DNA of 64,000 nt. Origin: Convolutriloba macropyga (Eukaryota). Below, piece after piece: positions 38,435 through 51,104 of the stretch; the stretch's first letter is position 1; each line of letters opens with the position of its first letter. The notes under the pieces are model-generated. The model did not search any database. It was not told the DNA's origin and worked only from the letters and a program-made list of their open reading frames with translations. Where the stretch lies: contig NC_134468.1 of assembly GCF_964194025.1 (NCBI RefSeq), positions 79,670,001 through 79,734,000 on the forward strand, written 5' to 3'. The translations under genes were made by a program, and so were the position numbers.

Positions 38435-38792
38435 GGTGTCCCGCTCTTTTCACCCCTATTCATTTAACCCCCATCATTTATTCCCGATTTATTCATCCCT
38501 GTAGCATTCAACCCCTCTATCATTTCACCCCGATTTTAATCTTTCTATAAAATAAGGATTATTAAATTAGCAATATAATCATTTGGCCATGCCTCGAGGG
38601 CCATGCCTCAGCGGCCCGTGGGACTTGATTTGAAACTATCACAACCGAACGTGGGACTAATTTATCCACTTAATTATGACAAAACATGCCTTTAATGTCG
38701 ACTGCTAATTGGCGGGATAAAATGATAGAGGGGTGAAATAGAGGGGTGAATAAATCGGGGTTAAATGAACAGAGGTGAAAAGAAGTAGAACC
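38435..38792. mobile_element. Foldback/MULE-like MITE with long modular TIRs and an 8-bp TSD (GATTTCAA)
   Basis: TSD at 38427-38434 and 38793-38800. Left arm CTTTTCACCCCTATTCATTTAACCCC.. mirrors right arm ..GGGGTTAAATGAACAGAGGTGAAAAG. Confidence 0.85.
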
Positions 38793-39235
38793 GATTTCAA
38801 AATTTGTTCGTGTTAAATAGCTCTCATTCAGAATTTAGCAGCTAAACTTATTTCGCGGCTGCAGTGAGGATTTTAACGTTGTAAGCCCTTGTTAGAGGCA
38901 CTGAGATTTTGTTGCGTGCAGCCTGCTTTTTTTGTGTAAATATAATCCTTCAAATAGTCTTCCCTCGACGTTAAATAGAAGTTCAGGGATGAAACTTAAT
39001 GAATTCAGAATGGATCACTGAATGTTTATTCTCAGTAAAAATTATTATGGTTTTAACCTATGCGATTTTTTTCAAACCCTGGAAATGGCAAAAAGCATTT
39101 TGAGCTCTGAGCATACGATTTCTATAGTTACGCAGACAAGACAAGAAAATGCTTATTTAGCTGTAAATTACAATGAAAAATGTAGTACAAAAACACGTAT
39201 TTTGTTTGTTATAGAAAATAATCGATGAAACCTAT

Positions 39236-39746
39236 TAATAGCCGCACAGCGACAGCTGGGGCTATTATTGGCCTTTTCTTGGTTTTTTTTTATTTGGTCG
39301 TCGCTATTTTTTTTACGACCATATGACGTCACAACCACTTCAAATCCGCTTTTTGTTCATTCATTCATGCAATTTCCACTGAAGTGCATGAGTGACGTCA
39401 TTTTTCGCTCTTAGTGGAGCGAGTTTTTTTGTTCATTTGCGTGATTAAATTTTTGGTCACACTTGACTTACCTCGCTCACAAAAATGACTTCCTCACTTT
39501 GAAATTGACTTTTACTTACTTTAATTCAAAGACAAGGTAAAATGGGTGTGTGTCACTCTAATTGAAGGTTATTAGAGAGCAGCTAATAGAGGCAGCAAAA
39601 ACTTATACAGATTTTAAATCGAAATATAACATATCAGTCTTCAATGAAAAGACGAACTTCTTGGTCTGTCTTTATTACTGTTTTTTATGAGACTGCAGAT
39701 CTACGAAGCTATTGCGGGTATTTTCTGGCAATCTGCCAGCTATGTT
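39236..39746 (+). mobile_element. Non-autonomous Helentron-like element (HINE/DINE-1 type), 'empty' outer element
   Basis: 5' subTIR AATAGCCGCA with partial IR GGCTATT; 3' subTIR TGCGGGTATT, hairpin CTGGCA-ATC-TGCCAG, then CTATGTTTT. Confidence 0.75.
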
Positions 39747-40218
39747 TTCATAGCCTGAATGTTTTTGGAAAAAGTACGACAGTAAATCAATGTAAAAAAT
39801 ACAATGTTGGAAACTGTTAAATTGCTTTCACAAGCTGCAATAGCCTTCAGTAATGATGTGTTGTAAAATTGGCACCTCGAACTCACAAATTTGCCAAAGG
39901 ATGATAAAATGCCTTTTACTCCTTTTTACCTCCTAAAACAATAGCATTTTTTTTTCTTTTCAGAATTCGTTCTCCTGTGGAGTGTATTTTTGAGAAAAAA
40001 GAAAATTTTGGTTGCTGAAAAGTTAGTTTTTGAAATCAGCCAAGAAAGTTGGCCTGTTAACTTAATGTGCGACAATTTGCTGACTTTTTCTACTGGTCTA
40101 TGGCTTGAACAACAATGCTACTTTTTTGAAGTTCTTTTGAAAGATCTGGGAAAAATAATTTTCAAGTAGATTAACTCGAAAACTTTGAATAGTTTGAATT
40201 TTCAAAAATAGTGTTTTT

Positions 40219-40499
40219 AGCTAATTCTTTGGGGCCTAAAGATGCTAGTTTTGTTGTTTTTTCTGCTAGATGACTATCTTTAACCTCTAACTTTTAATAC
40301 AAATTTTTTTTTGAGGACAAAAAGGAGGTTCCAGGATCTGTTTTTTTGACAGCTTATATTTGACAGCTAATTCTTTGGGGCCTAAAGATGCTAGTTTTGT
40401 TGTTTTTTCTGCTAGTGACTATCTTTAACCTCTAACTTTTAATACAATTTTTTTTGAGGGCAAAAAGGAGGTTCCAGGATCTGTTTTTTGACAGCTTAT
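40219..40499. repeat. Local tandem duplication, ~140-bp unit
   Basis: AGCTAATTCTTTGGGGCCTAAAGATGC...TTGACAGCTTAT occurs twice, nearly identical. Confidence 0.9.
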
Positions 40500-41781
40500 G
40501 AAAAACCGACGCGTGAGTTGACGGAAAACGGAGATTGTGAAGAAAAACTATGGTGCTCTTGAGAGTGAGAAAATTTGGGTAAGATTTCGATTAATTTTCT
40601 CAGTTTGGGTTTGCTGCTTTAGAACGACAATTTAGCACTTAGGGATACTGATATGAGTGCTGAGAAAAGTTCTAAGAATTATTGAGAACTTTAATTTCTT
40701 TCGTTATTTCTTATTTGTTATCCCCCAAGTTTGTTCAATTCTGAAACTCGGATGAGCAAATATGTTTTGCTAAGCTGTATAGTAGAGGAGAACATTGAAG
40801 CAATGCGTAAAAAATAGCGCAGTTCCCGTAATTTTGTTTCTATGCTTACGCAAAAATTTGTCTTTTTTAAGTCGTTTTGTTTGGAAATTTGTTGACTGAG
40901 TTTGAAAACGTCCAAAAATTTTAGTTAAAATTGAGGTTCTTAACCTTTTTTGTTTCTATCTACAATGTTTACAATCTACTATTCTGCTTTAGAAGTTTTA
41001 ATTCAAAAAACAATTGGTTGATCAAAAAGTTCAGCAAAGAGTTTGACTGTTGAGTTAAGGCAAGTTTTGATGTCTTAGCTTATTTTTATATTCATTTTTC
41101 TTATTAATTAAGATTTTAAAAAATGAAAATTTTCTGTTAAATGTTTGTTTTTTTAATATTCTCAGCGTTGCAGAATTTACAAATAATTTCTATTTCAGAC
41201 AAGTTTTCTTCCCAATTATATCATAGGGCATTTAATAAACCTCGATGTGTAGTGTAATAAGTATGATAGGACAGTGGTATTGTTTATTTGTCAAATATCC
41301 TATAAGTTGTTAGCAACTAAATGCAATAAAAAAATAAACCTGGATTTTTCAAGTCATGCTGGCCGATCGAAGTCTTTTGTGGAGAGTTGCAAAATATCAT
41401 GGAAAACTTTGAAGAATTCAATGAGAGATTTTCAAATCCTCATTTTGTCGACTTTGTGATGTTCGATGATGTAAGTAATACATTGGTCAGACGGCATCAT
41501 ATTCCATTTCCAATTACTAAGATAAGAGGGTTATTAAATTCGTGCTTAAAGAGGGATCAAGCATTCAATGCTTCATGTCAAGATGAGGAAATTACTCTAA
41601 GTTCTTTTTCAATTATTTGGTATATATATTTCCTCGATTTTTGTGCATTTTTGACGAATTCTATTTTAACCACGAACCTTTCAATATGAATCCAGTTATT
41701 GCATTTTATCTTTTATACGTTTTTGATGAGAATTTTCTGAAAACCGTTAAGTGGTTATAGAACCAGTTATCTCTGTTTCAG

Positions 41782-42130
41782 GCGTTAACTCACACTCCTA
41801 TGCTGCGAGATTTCTTTCTATCAGATATGCATGACTGCAGTTTAATTCCATCCTTCATGGACCATCACTCAGTGCGACAGAATTCAAGTCAGTTGATGCT
41901 TAGCTCTGCCCAATCTCTTGATCCGAGGAGACACAATGCATCGCGACCATCGGGAATGTCGACGCAGAACTGTTTGATGTGTGAATTGAGCCATATTTTT
42001 CAAGAAGTCTACTCAGGTGCCAAAGATCCCTTTGTTCCCTTACGGCTGCTGCACCTCATTTGGAACAATTCGAGCCATCTGGCAGGATATGAGCAACAAG
42101 ATGCCCATGAGTTTCTCATTTCTGCTCTCG
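41782..42130 (+). CDS. USP22: USP22 coding exon 2
   Basis: Acceptor TTTCAG|GCG; [19 protein letters not shown]...CLMCELS.IFQE.YSG...[17 protein letters not shown]; donor G|GTTAGA, phase 1. Confidence 0.92.
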
Positions 42131-42266
42131 GTTAGAGGTACTTTTTTATGACCGTCTCCGCTGTTCTGGCCGGCTATTTGTTTGTTGAGCAGTTTGAGTA
42201 TATAACGTCGGTCTTCTTAGGCATTTTTCTGTGTGATTGCAATAGTCTCTAATCGTTTTCCTTCAT

Positions 42267-43536
42267 TAATAGCCGCGAAGCGATAGCGGTTATTATTGGG
42301 GACATCGTGGTTTTTTTTACAATTCAAAGAATTGGAATTGTATTGGGGCGCTGTCTCTTTTTTTAAAGATCTGTCACACATTTTCATGATATTTGAAGTC
42401 AAATTGGATTAGTGATTTTGGTCACGCCGAAACAGGAAGTGGAACGAAAAAGCGAGTGGTTTTGTGGCGTAAGATTTTTTGACTCTAATTTTAAAGTAGA
42501 GTGAGAAACAGGCGTTTGAACAAAAATTAGCTTTCTCGCTAGTGGTTTTTTGTTCACATGCGGCAATTTCACTTTGATTTTTACAGTTTTTTCGATTTAT
42601 TGGATCGGATTTTTTTTCTAAATGGTTTTCCCAATCCATTCATAGTTCATTCTAGGCCTAATTTTGAACCAAATTCCTCTTTCTCGCTACTGGTTTTTTG
42701 TTCACATGTTTTGTTTTGTTTCCTGGATCTGATTTTCTTTAGAAATGGTTTTCCCAATTCACGCATAGTCCGTTCTGGGTCTAGTTTTTCGTTTAGTCAA
42801 TGAAAAATTTTTGAATTGTACGTCAGTACTCGTCCTGCTATATTTTTTTAATTCGCTTTTCCTTTTGATAACGTTTTTCGTTTCAAATAAGTCACGATTT
42901 TGACATTTGACTTCTGACTTACTTAGCTCATTGTTTCAACTGAATGGATTTTAATTTCTTTCATGCATTGAATTACGCAATATAGTGAATACGGTCAAAG
43001 TCAAAAGAACAAGTCAAGAAGTAAGTTCTTTAAATTGTTCGCCAGGACTTGTGCTGCTATGTCTTTTTAATTCGTCGTCTCCATCGATGATTCTTGCTAA
43101 CTGACTTCTTGGAATTGACTTTTTTTATTCCAGTGATTTCTACTGCTGTGCGTGTTGTCATTTGTTCTGCTTTTAGGTCCATTGCGTGACTTACCTCACT
43201 AAAAATGACTTCTAAACGCGCTTACTGTTCTTTGAATTTTATGAACATTTACTAGTTAAAGGTCAATTGTATGCATCTAAGTGTGTACCCGAATTCATGA
43301 GTATTAGAGTCTCGAGTTTTTGATTTCGGATATTAATTTTGAAAAAGTTCCACTAGGGCTTTTTCATTATAGAGCGTATGTGTCTCATAAAAATGACGGT
43401 CCGTATCTAACCAAAAAGTCTATTGGTCTATTAAAGGACTGGTGGTCAATCTGCCTATCTTATTTCTTTAGTTGTTTCAATTCACGGAAGGCCACAAGCA
43501 TCTATCGCGGTTTTTTCCGGCAATCTGTCGACTGTT
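42267..43536 (+). mobile_element. HINE-like element with nested inner HINE (42318-42845)
   Basis: subTIRs AATAGCCGCGA / TCGCGGTTTT plus degenerate hairpin; inner element bounded by TACAATTCAAAGAATT / AATTTTTGAATTGTA plus hairpin. Confidence 0.72.
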
Positions 43537-43772
43537 TTTTTTTTTTGTAAGAACATCGTTGCTTGCCATCAAAATTTTGAAGTTTGAAGCCAAAAATTTA
43601 ATAAATGGTCACGTGCTGTATTCTTCAAGAGCCCACTCTCAACCACCGTAAATATATAACAAGGGAATATAATTCGGTGGGGGTTTGGGCTGTAGCTAGA
43701 GTAGGTATTAGAAAAACACAAGGTTTCAACTTTCATAAAATATCTCAAGAGGTGTCTGATGTCCGTGTTTAG

Positions 43773-44165
43773 ATATCTTACATGGACATTGTAAAGAGGA
43801 CAGTGACCATGGCTTTCTGCACAATTCCTCGTGGCCTGCCAACTGTAACTGCATAATCGACCAAGTGTTCACAGGTGGTCTACAAAGTGACGTCATTTGC
43901 ACTGAGTGCAACGGTGTCTCAACTACTGTCGATCCATTCTGGGACATTTCGCTGCACATTGGAACTACGAATACCGCGGTTGGGTCGCCGTCTTGTGCAA
44001 GTGGGGGACCAGGGGGTTTGTTTGCAGACGATGGTGGTGGATGTGCCAGTGAGATTGGAGGGGTTATGGACAGTAATGCAGCTGCTGCAGCCTTGCTAAT
44101 AAATCCATCTGCAGAATCAGCTCCGACTGTTTACGATCTGTCATCAATTCGCCAAAAAATCCAAG
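43773..44165 (+). CDS. USP22: USP22 coding exon 3
   Basis: Acceptor TTTAG|AT matches phase 1; DILHGHC...[37 protein letters not shown]; probable donor CAAG|GTGACT, or read-through to the stop at 44176. Confidence 0.88.
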
Positions 44166-44227
44166 GTGACTTCTAAAGTGTGATGGAAAAAGTATCACAA
44201 AATGAGTATTAAAGTGATTTTCCATAT

Positions 44228-46013
44228 TAATAGCCGCACAGTGATAGCTGGGGCTATTATCGGCCTTCTCTTGGTTTTTTACAATTCAAAGAATTTGAAT
44301 TGTATTGGGGCGCTGTCTTTTTACGACTCGAAGAGGAGTATTGGAGAAGTCCTTTTTTTTAATCAATTTTATTGGAGTGATTTTTGAAGCGGGAAATGAA
44401 ACGCGTGAAAAAATTTGGAGTGATTTTGGTGGTGAACAAAAGTGAAGAGCGGAGCAAAAAGAGAGTGGTTTTTGTTGATAAGGCTGTTTTTGAGAGAGCG
44501 AAAAATTGATGCGTGAAAAAATTTCTAAGCGAGCGAATTTTTTTGGTCACGTGAGGCTTTTAAAAGCAGTTTTTTGCAACTTTTGATGGTTATGAGGTTT
44601 GATTATGTTATTGTATTAGTTTTAGGCTTGTTCTGCTAGGAATTGAAGGTTTCAAGTAGTAAATTTGAGTTTAATGCTAATTTGGAGATTTTTGATCAGT
44701 TTTGCTGATTTTGACGAAATTTAATGATTTTTTGCCTGTTTTTTTTTTGTTTTAATGCTTTAAGTGGGGATTTGGATAGAAGCCTGTTACTTAAGAAATA
44801 TTCAGATACCAATTGGTTAAAGTTTTTTTTGGTAAAAATCATTTTCTTACGAAAAATGACAGAAAAATTGAGAAATTTTAAAACCATTTTTCTTATTTTT
44901 TTTGAAGTTTTTCTTTTTTCATCTTAGACAAGTTTCTTAACCTATTATGACTTGCCCATTGTTTTGCGAGCTTTTCATTGCTCTAATTGCAGAGGAACTT
45001 TATTCGGCTTTATGTTTCCTTGTGCTATAAAGAAAAACTCAAGTTAAAAAAAACTTCAGTTTTTATACTTTTTTTGTTCAATTTGTTTTTGAATGCCGTT
45101 TCTATTCTTCCTTAATTTTTTATGGCATTTGTGGAAGTTAAAGGTTCGCAATAGTTGTTCAGTTGTTTAGTCATAAGGATGGGCAATTTTCTCCGAGTCG
45201 TTTCCGGAATTCTTCCGGCTATGTTTTTTTTAAGATTGTTCACACATTTTCATGATTTTTGAAGTCAAATTGGAGTGGTGATTTTGGTCACGCCGAAACA
45301 GGAAATGGGGCGAAAAAGCGAGTGGTTTTGCGGCGTGAAATTTTTTTGCTCTAATTTTAAAGTAGAGTGAGAAAACGGTGTTTGAACAAAAACTCGCTTT
45401 CTCGCTAGTGGTTTTTTTGTTCACATGCGGCAATTTTACTTTGGTTTTTACTGTTTTTGCAATTTTTGGGATCGGTTTTTTTTTCTAAATGGTTTTTCCA
45501 ATCCATTCAAAGTTCATTCCAGGTCTAGTTTTTTGTTTAGTCAATGAAAATTCTTTGAATTTACGTCAGGACTTGTCCTGCTATGTATTTTTATGTCATG
45601 ATTTTTGTTACAAACTTATGACGTCACAGCCACTTTTTGTTCATTCGTTCATGCAATTTCAATTGAATTGCATGTGTGACGTCATTTTTCGCTCTTAGTG
45701 GAGCAAGTTTTTCTGTTCATGCGCGTGATTAAATTTTTGTTCACACTTGACTTTCCTCACTCTCAAAAATGACTTCCTCAGTTTGAAATTGACATTTTTT
45801 TACTTTAATTCAAAGAGATAGGATCAAATGGGCGTGTGTCACTCTAAATGAAGGTTATTTGAGATCAGCTAATAGAGGCAGCAGTTTTTTAACCAAAATA
45901 TAACAGATCAGCGTTCAATGAAAAGACGAATTTTTTTGGTCTGTCTGTACTGTTTTTTAGACTGCCGATCTACGAATCTATTGCGGCTGTTTTCTGGCAA
46001 TCTGCCAGCTGTT
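44228..46013 (+). mobile_element. Composite HINE-like element with nested modules
   Basis: 5' AATAGCCGCA; internal 3' ends at ~45225 (CCGGAA-TTC-TTCCGG-CTATGT) and ~45586 (CAGGAC-TT-GTCCTG-CTATGT); outer end TGCGGCTGTT-CTGGCAATCTGCCAG. Confidence 0.75.
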
Positions 46014-47042
46014 TGTTAATTTTTTAGCTGCGAATCTGTGAGCTGAACGAAGCTATAAAGCCGTGCTCTTCGTTTTTGTTTCATGCTCTTACGCTTCTGT
46101 TTTTGCATTTTTCACCCTGCAAACCACAAAGCAATTTTCTCGACCTTAAGCTGCATTTTTGCTGCTTGCTTTTGCATGACGTCATATCTTAAGCTAGTTG
46201 GCGCTGAGCTTTTAGCTGAAGTACGTGACAATTTTATGATCATATTGACTTACCTCATTAACTCTGAAATAACTTTTTAACCTCTAGGTCAATTATTAAC
46301 TATAAATTTTCTCTTAACCAATTGGGGTTATTGGAATTAATCGCGTCCAGTTTTCGGAAATAAGAGGGGTGTTTATTTTTACAAGTTGATATACTTGTTT
46401 TGGTGTTTGTATCACCGTTATTTTAATGGATTTGAGTAGTTACGAATCTGAATTTAATGAGTTTAATTGATGTTGAGAATCTAACTTTGTCTTTTTCTTT
46501 CCTATAAACTAGCTTCAGCTATGCTGCGAATGATTCTCAACACAAATTTTGTCCAGTTCGTGCCGCCATACCTCAATTGAACCTGCTTAAGGGACGTATT
46601 TTCTCCACACGTAGTTTTTGAGGCTTTTATGTTAAATAGCGGCCCTCATCTTCTCAGCAGGCTATTATTGCGCTTCTATTACAATTCAACGAATTTGAAT
46701 TGTATTGAAGCGCTGTCTTTTTACGACTCGAGGAAGTGTAATGGTGATGTGCTTCGTTTAATCGGTTACTTCTATTTTCACAGGATGCAAAGTCAAATGC
46801 TGCACGTGAAAACAGGTGTTCAGGTCAAACTACTGAAGAAAAAAGTTTTTGTTTTAACTCTATTTTTTTCAGGCACAGGTGTTTGTCGCATCTAGTTCTT
46901 GTCTTACTATGTTTTGAAGTGTTTTATGATGCAAATCATGTATTTTTAGATGTTATTTCGAGCTAATTTTACCGTCAAGGAGGCTTTACCACATGAATTT
47001 TTTATAGCAATAGATTTGTTTTTATGGTTCACCTTAGTTTTC

Positions 47043-47963
47043 ATAGCTGCGAAGCTCCAAGCTGAGCGTAGCTATATTGCGGTGCTCTTGGTTTTTTTAC
47101 AATTCAAAGAATTTGAATTGTTTTGGGGCGCTTTCTTTTTTTTTAAGATCTGTTCACACATTTCATAATTTTTGAAGTCAAATTAGAGTAGTGATTTTGG
47201 TCACGCCGAAAAAGGAAATGGAGTGAAAAAACGAATGATTTTGCGGTGTGAAATTTTTTCGCTCTAAATGTAAAGTAGAGTGAGAAAAAGGTGTTGAACA
47301 AAAATTCACTTTCTCGCTAGTGGTTTTGTTCACATGCGGCAATTTCACTTTGATTTTTTATAGTTTTTTCGATTTATTGGATCGGATTTTTTTCTAAATG
47401 GTTTTCCCAATCCATTCATAGTCCGTTCTTGGTCTAGTTTTTTGTTTAGTCAATGAAATTTCTTTGAATTGTACGTCAGGACTTGTCCTGCTATGTTTTT
47501 TGTTTCGTTGTCTGACGCTCTTTTTTCGTTTTACATTTGTTCACACAGCAAAGCTGAAAGTCAAATTTTCTGAATTACTTCCTCCTCTCACTGACGGCTT
47601 TTTCGCGCGTGACGTCATTTCTCACTCGCTTTAGCGAAAGTTTTTAGGTTATTTGCGTGATTAGATTTTGATCATAAGTGATTTACCTCACTCAATAAAA
47701 TGACTTCTGCACTTTGAAACTTAAGTTTAATTTGAATTTGTTTGAGGTCAAAGGAACTCCTATGTGCAGTAAAGGTCCCTAATAAGAGGCTTCTGTGGAA
47801 TGAATTTTAATAAGCTTCATTAATTTATCGCTGCATGTTTTTTAGCCTAGTTTTTTGAGCGGCGTCAATTTTTCAATTTAGATCTGTATCGGTTTCTATC
47901 TCTATTATATGGCACGCAGGTGTATTCTTTCGCAGCTATTCCGGCAATCTGCAGGCTATGTTT
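47043..47963 (+). mobile_element. HINE-like element with nested inner HINE (47098-47497)
   Basis: Perfect 11-bp subTIRs ATAGCTGCGAA / TTCGCAGCTAT, then hairpin and CTATGTTT. Confidence 0.8.
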
Positions 47964-48226
47964 ATGTGTTTGGTCATCTTTTGATTTTTTTGATATTGAT
48001 TGTGAGGTGTGTTCGATAAAGCAAATGAAGTAATCTTCATCAAATTTTATCTTATTTTCGTCTCTTTTTTAAAGAATTTTAGCATATTTTTTATTTGCGC
48101 TTTTTGCTTGAGGTTTTTTGTTTTCAAGTTAATTGATAATTTTTAAGTTATGTTACTAAGAGATGACAATTAAATGTTAATTAGTTTTTTTATATAATGT
48201 AATAATTCATACGAATTTACCGTTTT

Positions 48227-49315
48227 TAATAGCCGCGTCAGCAATTCCCAGCGGCTATTATTGCGCTCCTTTTTTTTACAATTCAAAGAATTTGAATTGT
48301 ATTGGGGCGCTGTCTTTTTTTAAAGATCTGTTCCAACATTTTCATGATTTTTGAAGTCAAATTGGAGTAGTGATTTTAGTCACGCCGAAACAGGAAGTGG
48401 AGCGAAAAGCGAGTGGTTTTGCGGCGTGAATTTTTTTTGCTCTAATTTTGAAGTAGAGTGAGAATACGGTCTTTTGAAAAAAAATCGCTTTCTCTTTAGT
48501 GGTTTTTTGTTTACATGCGTCAATTTCACTTTGATTTTTACTGTTTTTTTGATTTTTTGGATTGGATTTTTTTCTTAATGGTTTTCCCAATCCATTCATA
48601 GGTTATTCTAGGCCAAGTTTTCGCTAGTGGTGTTTTGTTCACATGCTGCACTTTTAACTTTGATTTTCAATTTTTTAAAAAAATTTTAATGATTTTCTTA
48701 TAAATGGTTTTCCCAGCTCACTCATAGTCCCTGCTAGGTCTAGTCTTTTGTTTAATCAATGAAAATTTTTTGAATTGTACGTCAGGACTTGTCCTGCTAT
48801 GTTTTTTCACTTCGTCTTACAGACTTTTGTTTTGTCTGACCCTGACTTCTTGGACTTGACTTTTTCAATGACTTCAGTGACTTCTACTGCTTTGCAGTTA
48901 AAATTTGTGTTTGTACGTCATTTCTGCTTTTAGTTCAATTGCGTGACTTGCCTCACTAAAAAAAAATGACTTCTGAACTCACTTATGGAACTTTAAATTT
49001 TATGAAAATTTACGAATTAAAGGTCAATAGTGCGCATTTAAGTAGTACCAAAGTTATATGCCCTAATTACTGAGTAATAGTCTTGAGTTTTAATATCGAA
49101 TATTAATTTTGAAAAAGCTCCATTAGGGCTTTTTCCTTGTAGAACAAATGTGTCTCATAAAAATGACAATCCGAATCTAACCCAAAATGTCTAGTGGTCT
49201 ATTAAAAAGCTGGTGGTCGATTTGTCATTTTGTCATTATTATTTCTTTAGTTGTTTCAATTCATGGTAGGCCACAAGCGTCATTCGCGGCTATTTTTCAG
49301 CTATCTGCCGTTTTG
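48227..49315 (+). mobile_element. HINE-like element with nested inner HINE (48278-48803)
   Basis: subTIRs AATAGCCGCG / CGCGGCTATT; the 3' half is homologous to 43060-43536. Confidence 0.75.
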
Positions 49316-51104
49316 TTGTTTGTTTTTTTTTTAAGTTGTTGATTAGAATTGTTTGATTTTCTTTAATTCAGGGCTTGTTCAAAGTTTTGCATGAAATGTT
49401 TTTGACTTCTCTAGGCGCGTTTAATTTCTTACTCATTCTGCTCAAAATTCTTGTAAACAGCAGTTGCTCAACAAAGTAATCTAAAGTGAACAGGAAATAT
49501 TGAAAACGAAATCAGAATAGAAACGGTGTAAACCCATACAGCCCAAATTTAGATGCCCGCTACTGAACTTTGTTCTTATTTCTTAGTTAACCTATTTTCA
49601 GGCAATCTGCCGGGTATGTTGTTTATTTTGTGTCTGTGTTTCAAAATAACCATAATTGAGCAGAGGCACATTTTGTTAGGTCAATAGTTTGCTGGGGTCC
49701 AAGTGAATAATTTCGAAGAGGTCAGATTTTGTTTCTCTTAGGCTTGTTTTGATAGCGGTCTGAAAGTGTCTGGTTACTAATATGAGTCTTCTTTAAATAG
49801 GAGCTTTTTTAGCTATTTCGCTGATTTTAGGCAAAATTTTGCGATTTTCCGCCAATTGTTTTGTTTTACTGTCGTAAGTGGATTTTGAAAGTTGCTTCTC
49901 TGAATATATCAGTGGTTCTGCCCGTATTTTTTTTGTTGTCGGCTGACTTAGTCTCGTTAATGAAACGTCTCCTTGGCTCTCTACTGAGGCATAGTGAATT
50001 CTTGTTAAAATTTTAATTCATATGTAACAATTTAACTTACTTCGACGCAATTTTTTGTTTTAGTTGCATATTTGTTGTATTTTTTGTCTCGCTTCTTATT
50101 GTCAGTAATGACAGGTGTCATAGACTTTGCGACTAACACAAAACCAAGTTCATGATTAAACTAGTTGCTAATTTTTGACATAATCTTGGGAACATGTTTT
50201 AAGAAACTAGCATTTATTCTTTGTTTTGACGTGTTCGTTAAACTATATGTTTTGTAGTCTCTTTGTCTCACTATTGACAGATATCATAAGTTTTTCATCT
50301 AAATGACAAAAGATTGAATCTGTTTATTAGTTTCAGTTTTTAGTAAATGATAGGACTTCGAAATTATTGGTTTTGAATGGAATCGGATCGACTGCCTCTG
50401 AGTTTGTTACTTGTTGACCTTCTACTTTGTTTCTTCTTTGTTTCCTACAAATGTGGTGTTTACCATCGAAGTTCTTGTTGTGTAATTCTTTATATAACAT
50501 CTTCCTGACGGTTTCAAAGACTTAGTCAACAAATTGTTTAAAAGGAACTGTTTAAAAAAATTATTGAGTTATATGTAATATTTTATGTTACCTATTTATT
50601 TTTTTTAATTAATCTACGTTGTGTTGGCTGTTCATTTTTTCTTCGAAGTTTTTCTTGATGCGGTGGCTGACAGTCAGGTTTTAAGTTTGTTAAATTCTTT
50701 GGAGTGTACTTCAAGGCTTGTCCTGCTTTTTTGTATTTCATCTTTAAGCCTTTTGTTACTACCATATGATATGTCACTCAGTCCAAATCTCTTTTTGTTC
50801 ATCCATGAATGCAGTTATGACTGAATTGCGTGAGTGGCGACATTTTTCAGTCTTTGTGGAGCCAGTTTTTGTTTATTCGTCTTATTAATTTTTTGGTTAC
50901 AGGTGGCTTGCCCCGAAAATGCCCCTTCCTCGCTCTTTCTTTAATTGAAAGAGAAGTTCAACTGAGTAAACGTCCCTTTTAATTGAAGGTTATTTGAGGA
51001 CAGCTAATAGAAACGAAAACGAAGCTTCGGGTATTCAATTTCTCCTAAATCAGAATGTGATATCTCAGCATTTATTATCAAGAGCTGAAATTTTTCTTCG
51101 TTTT

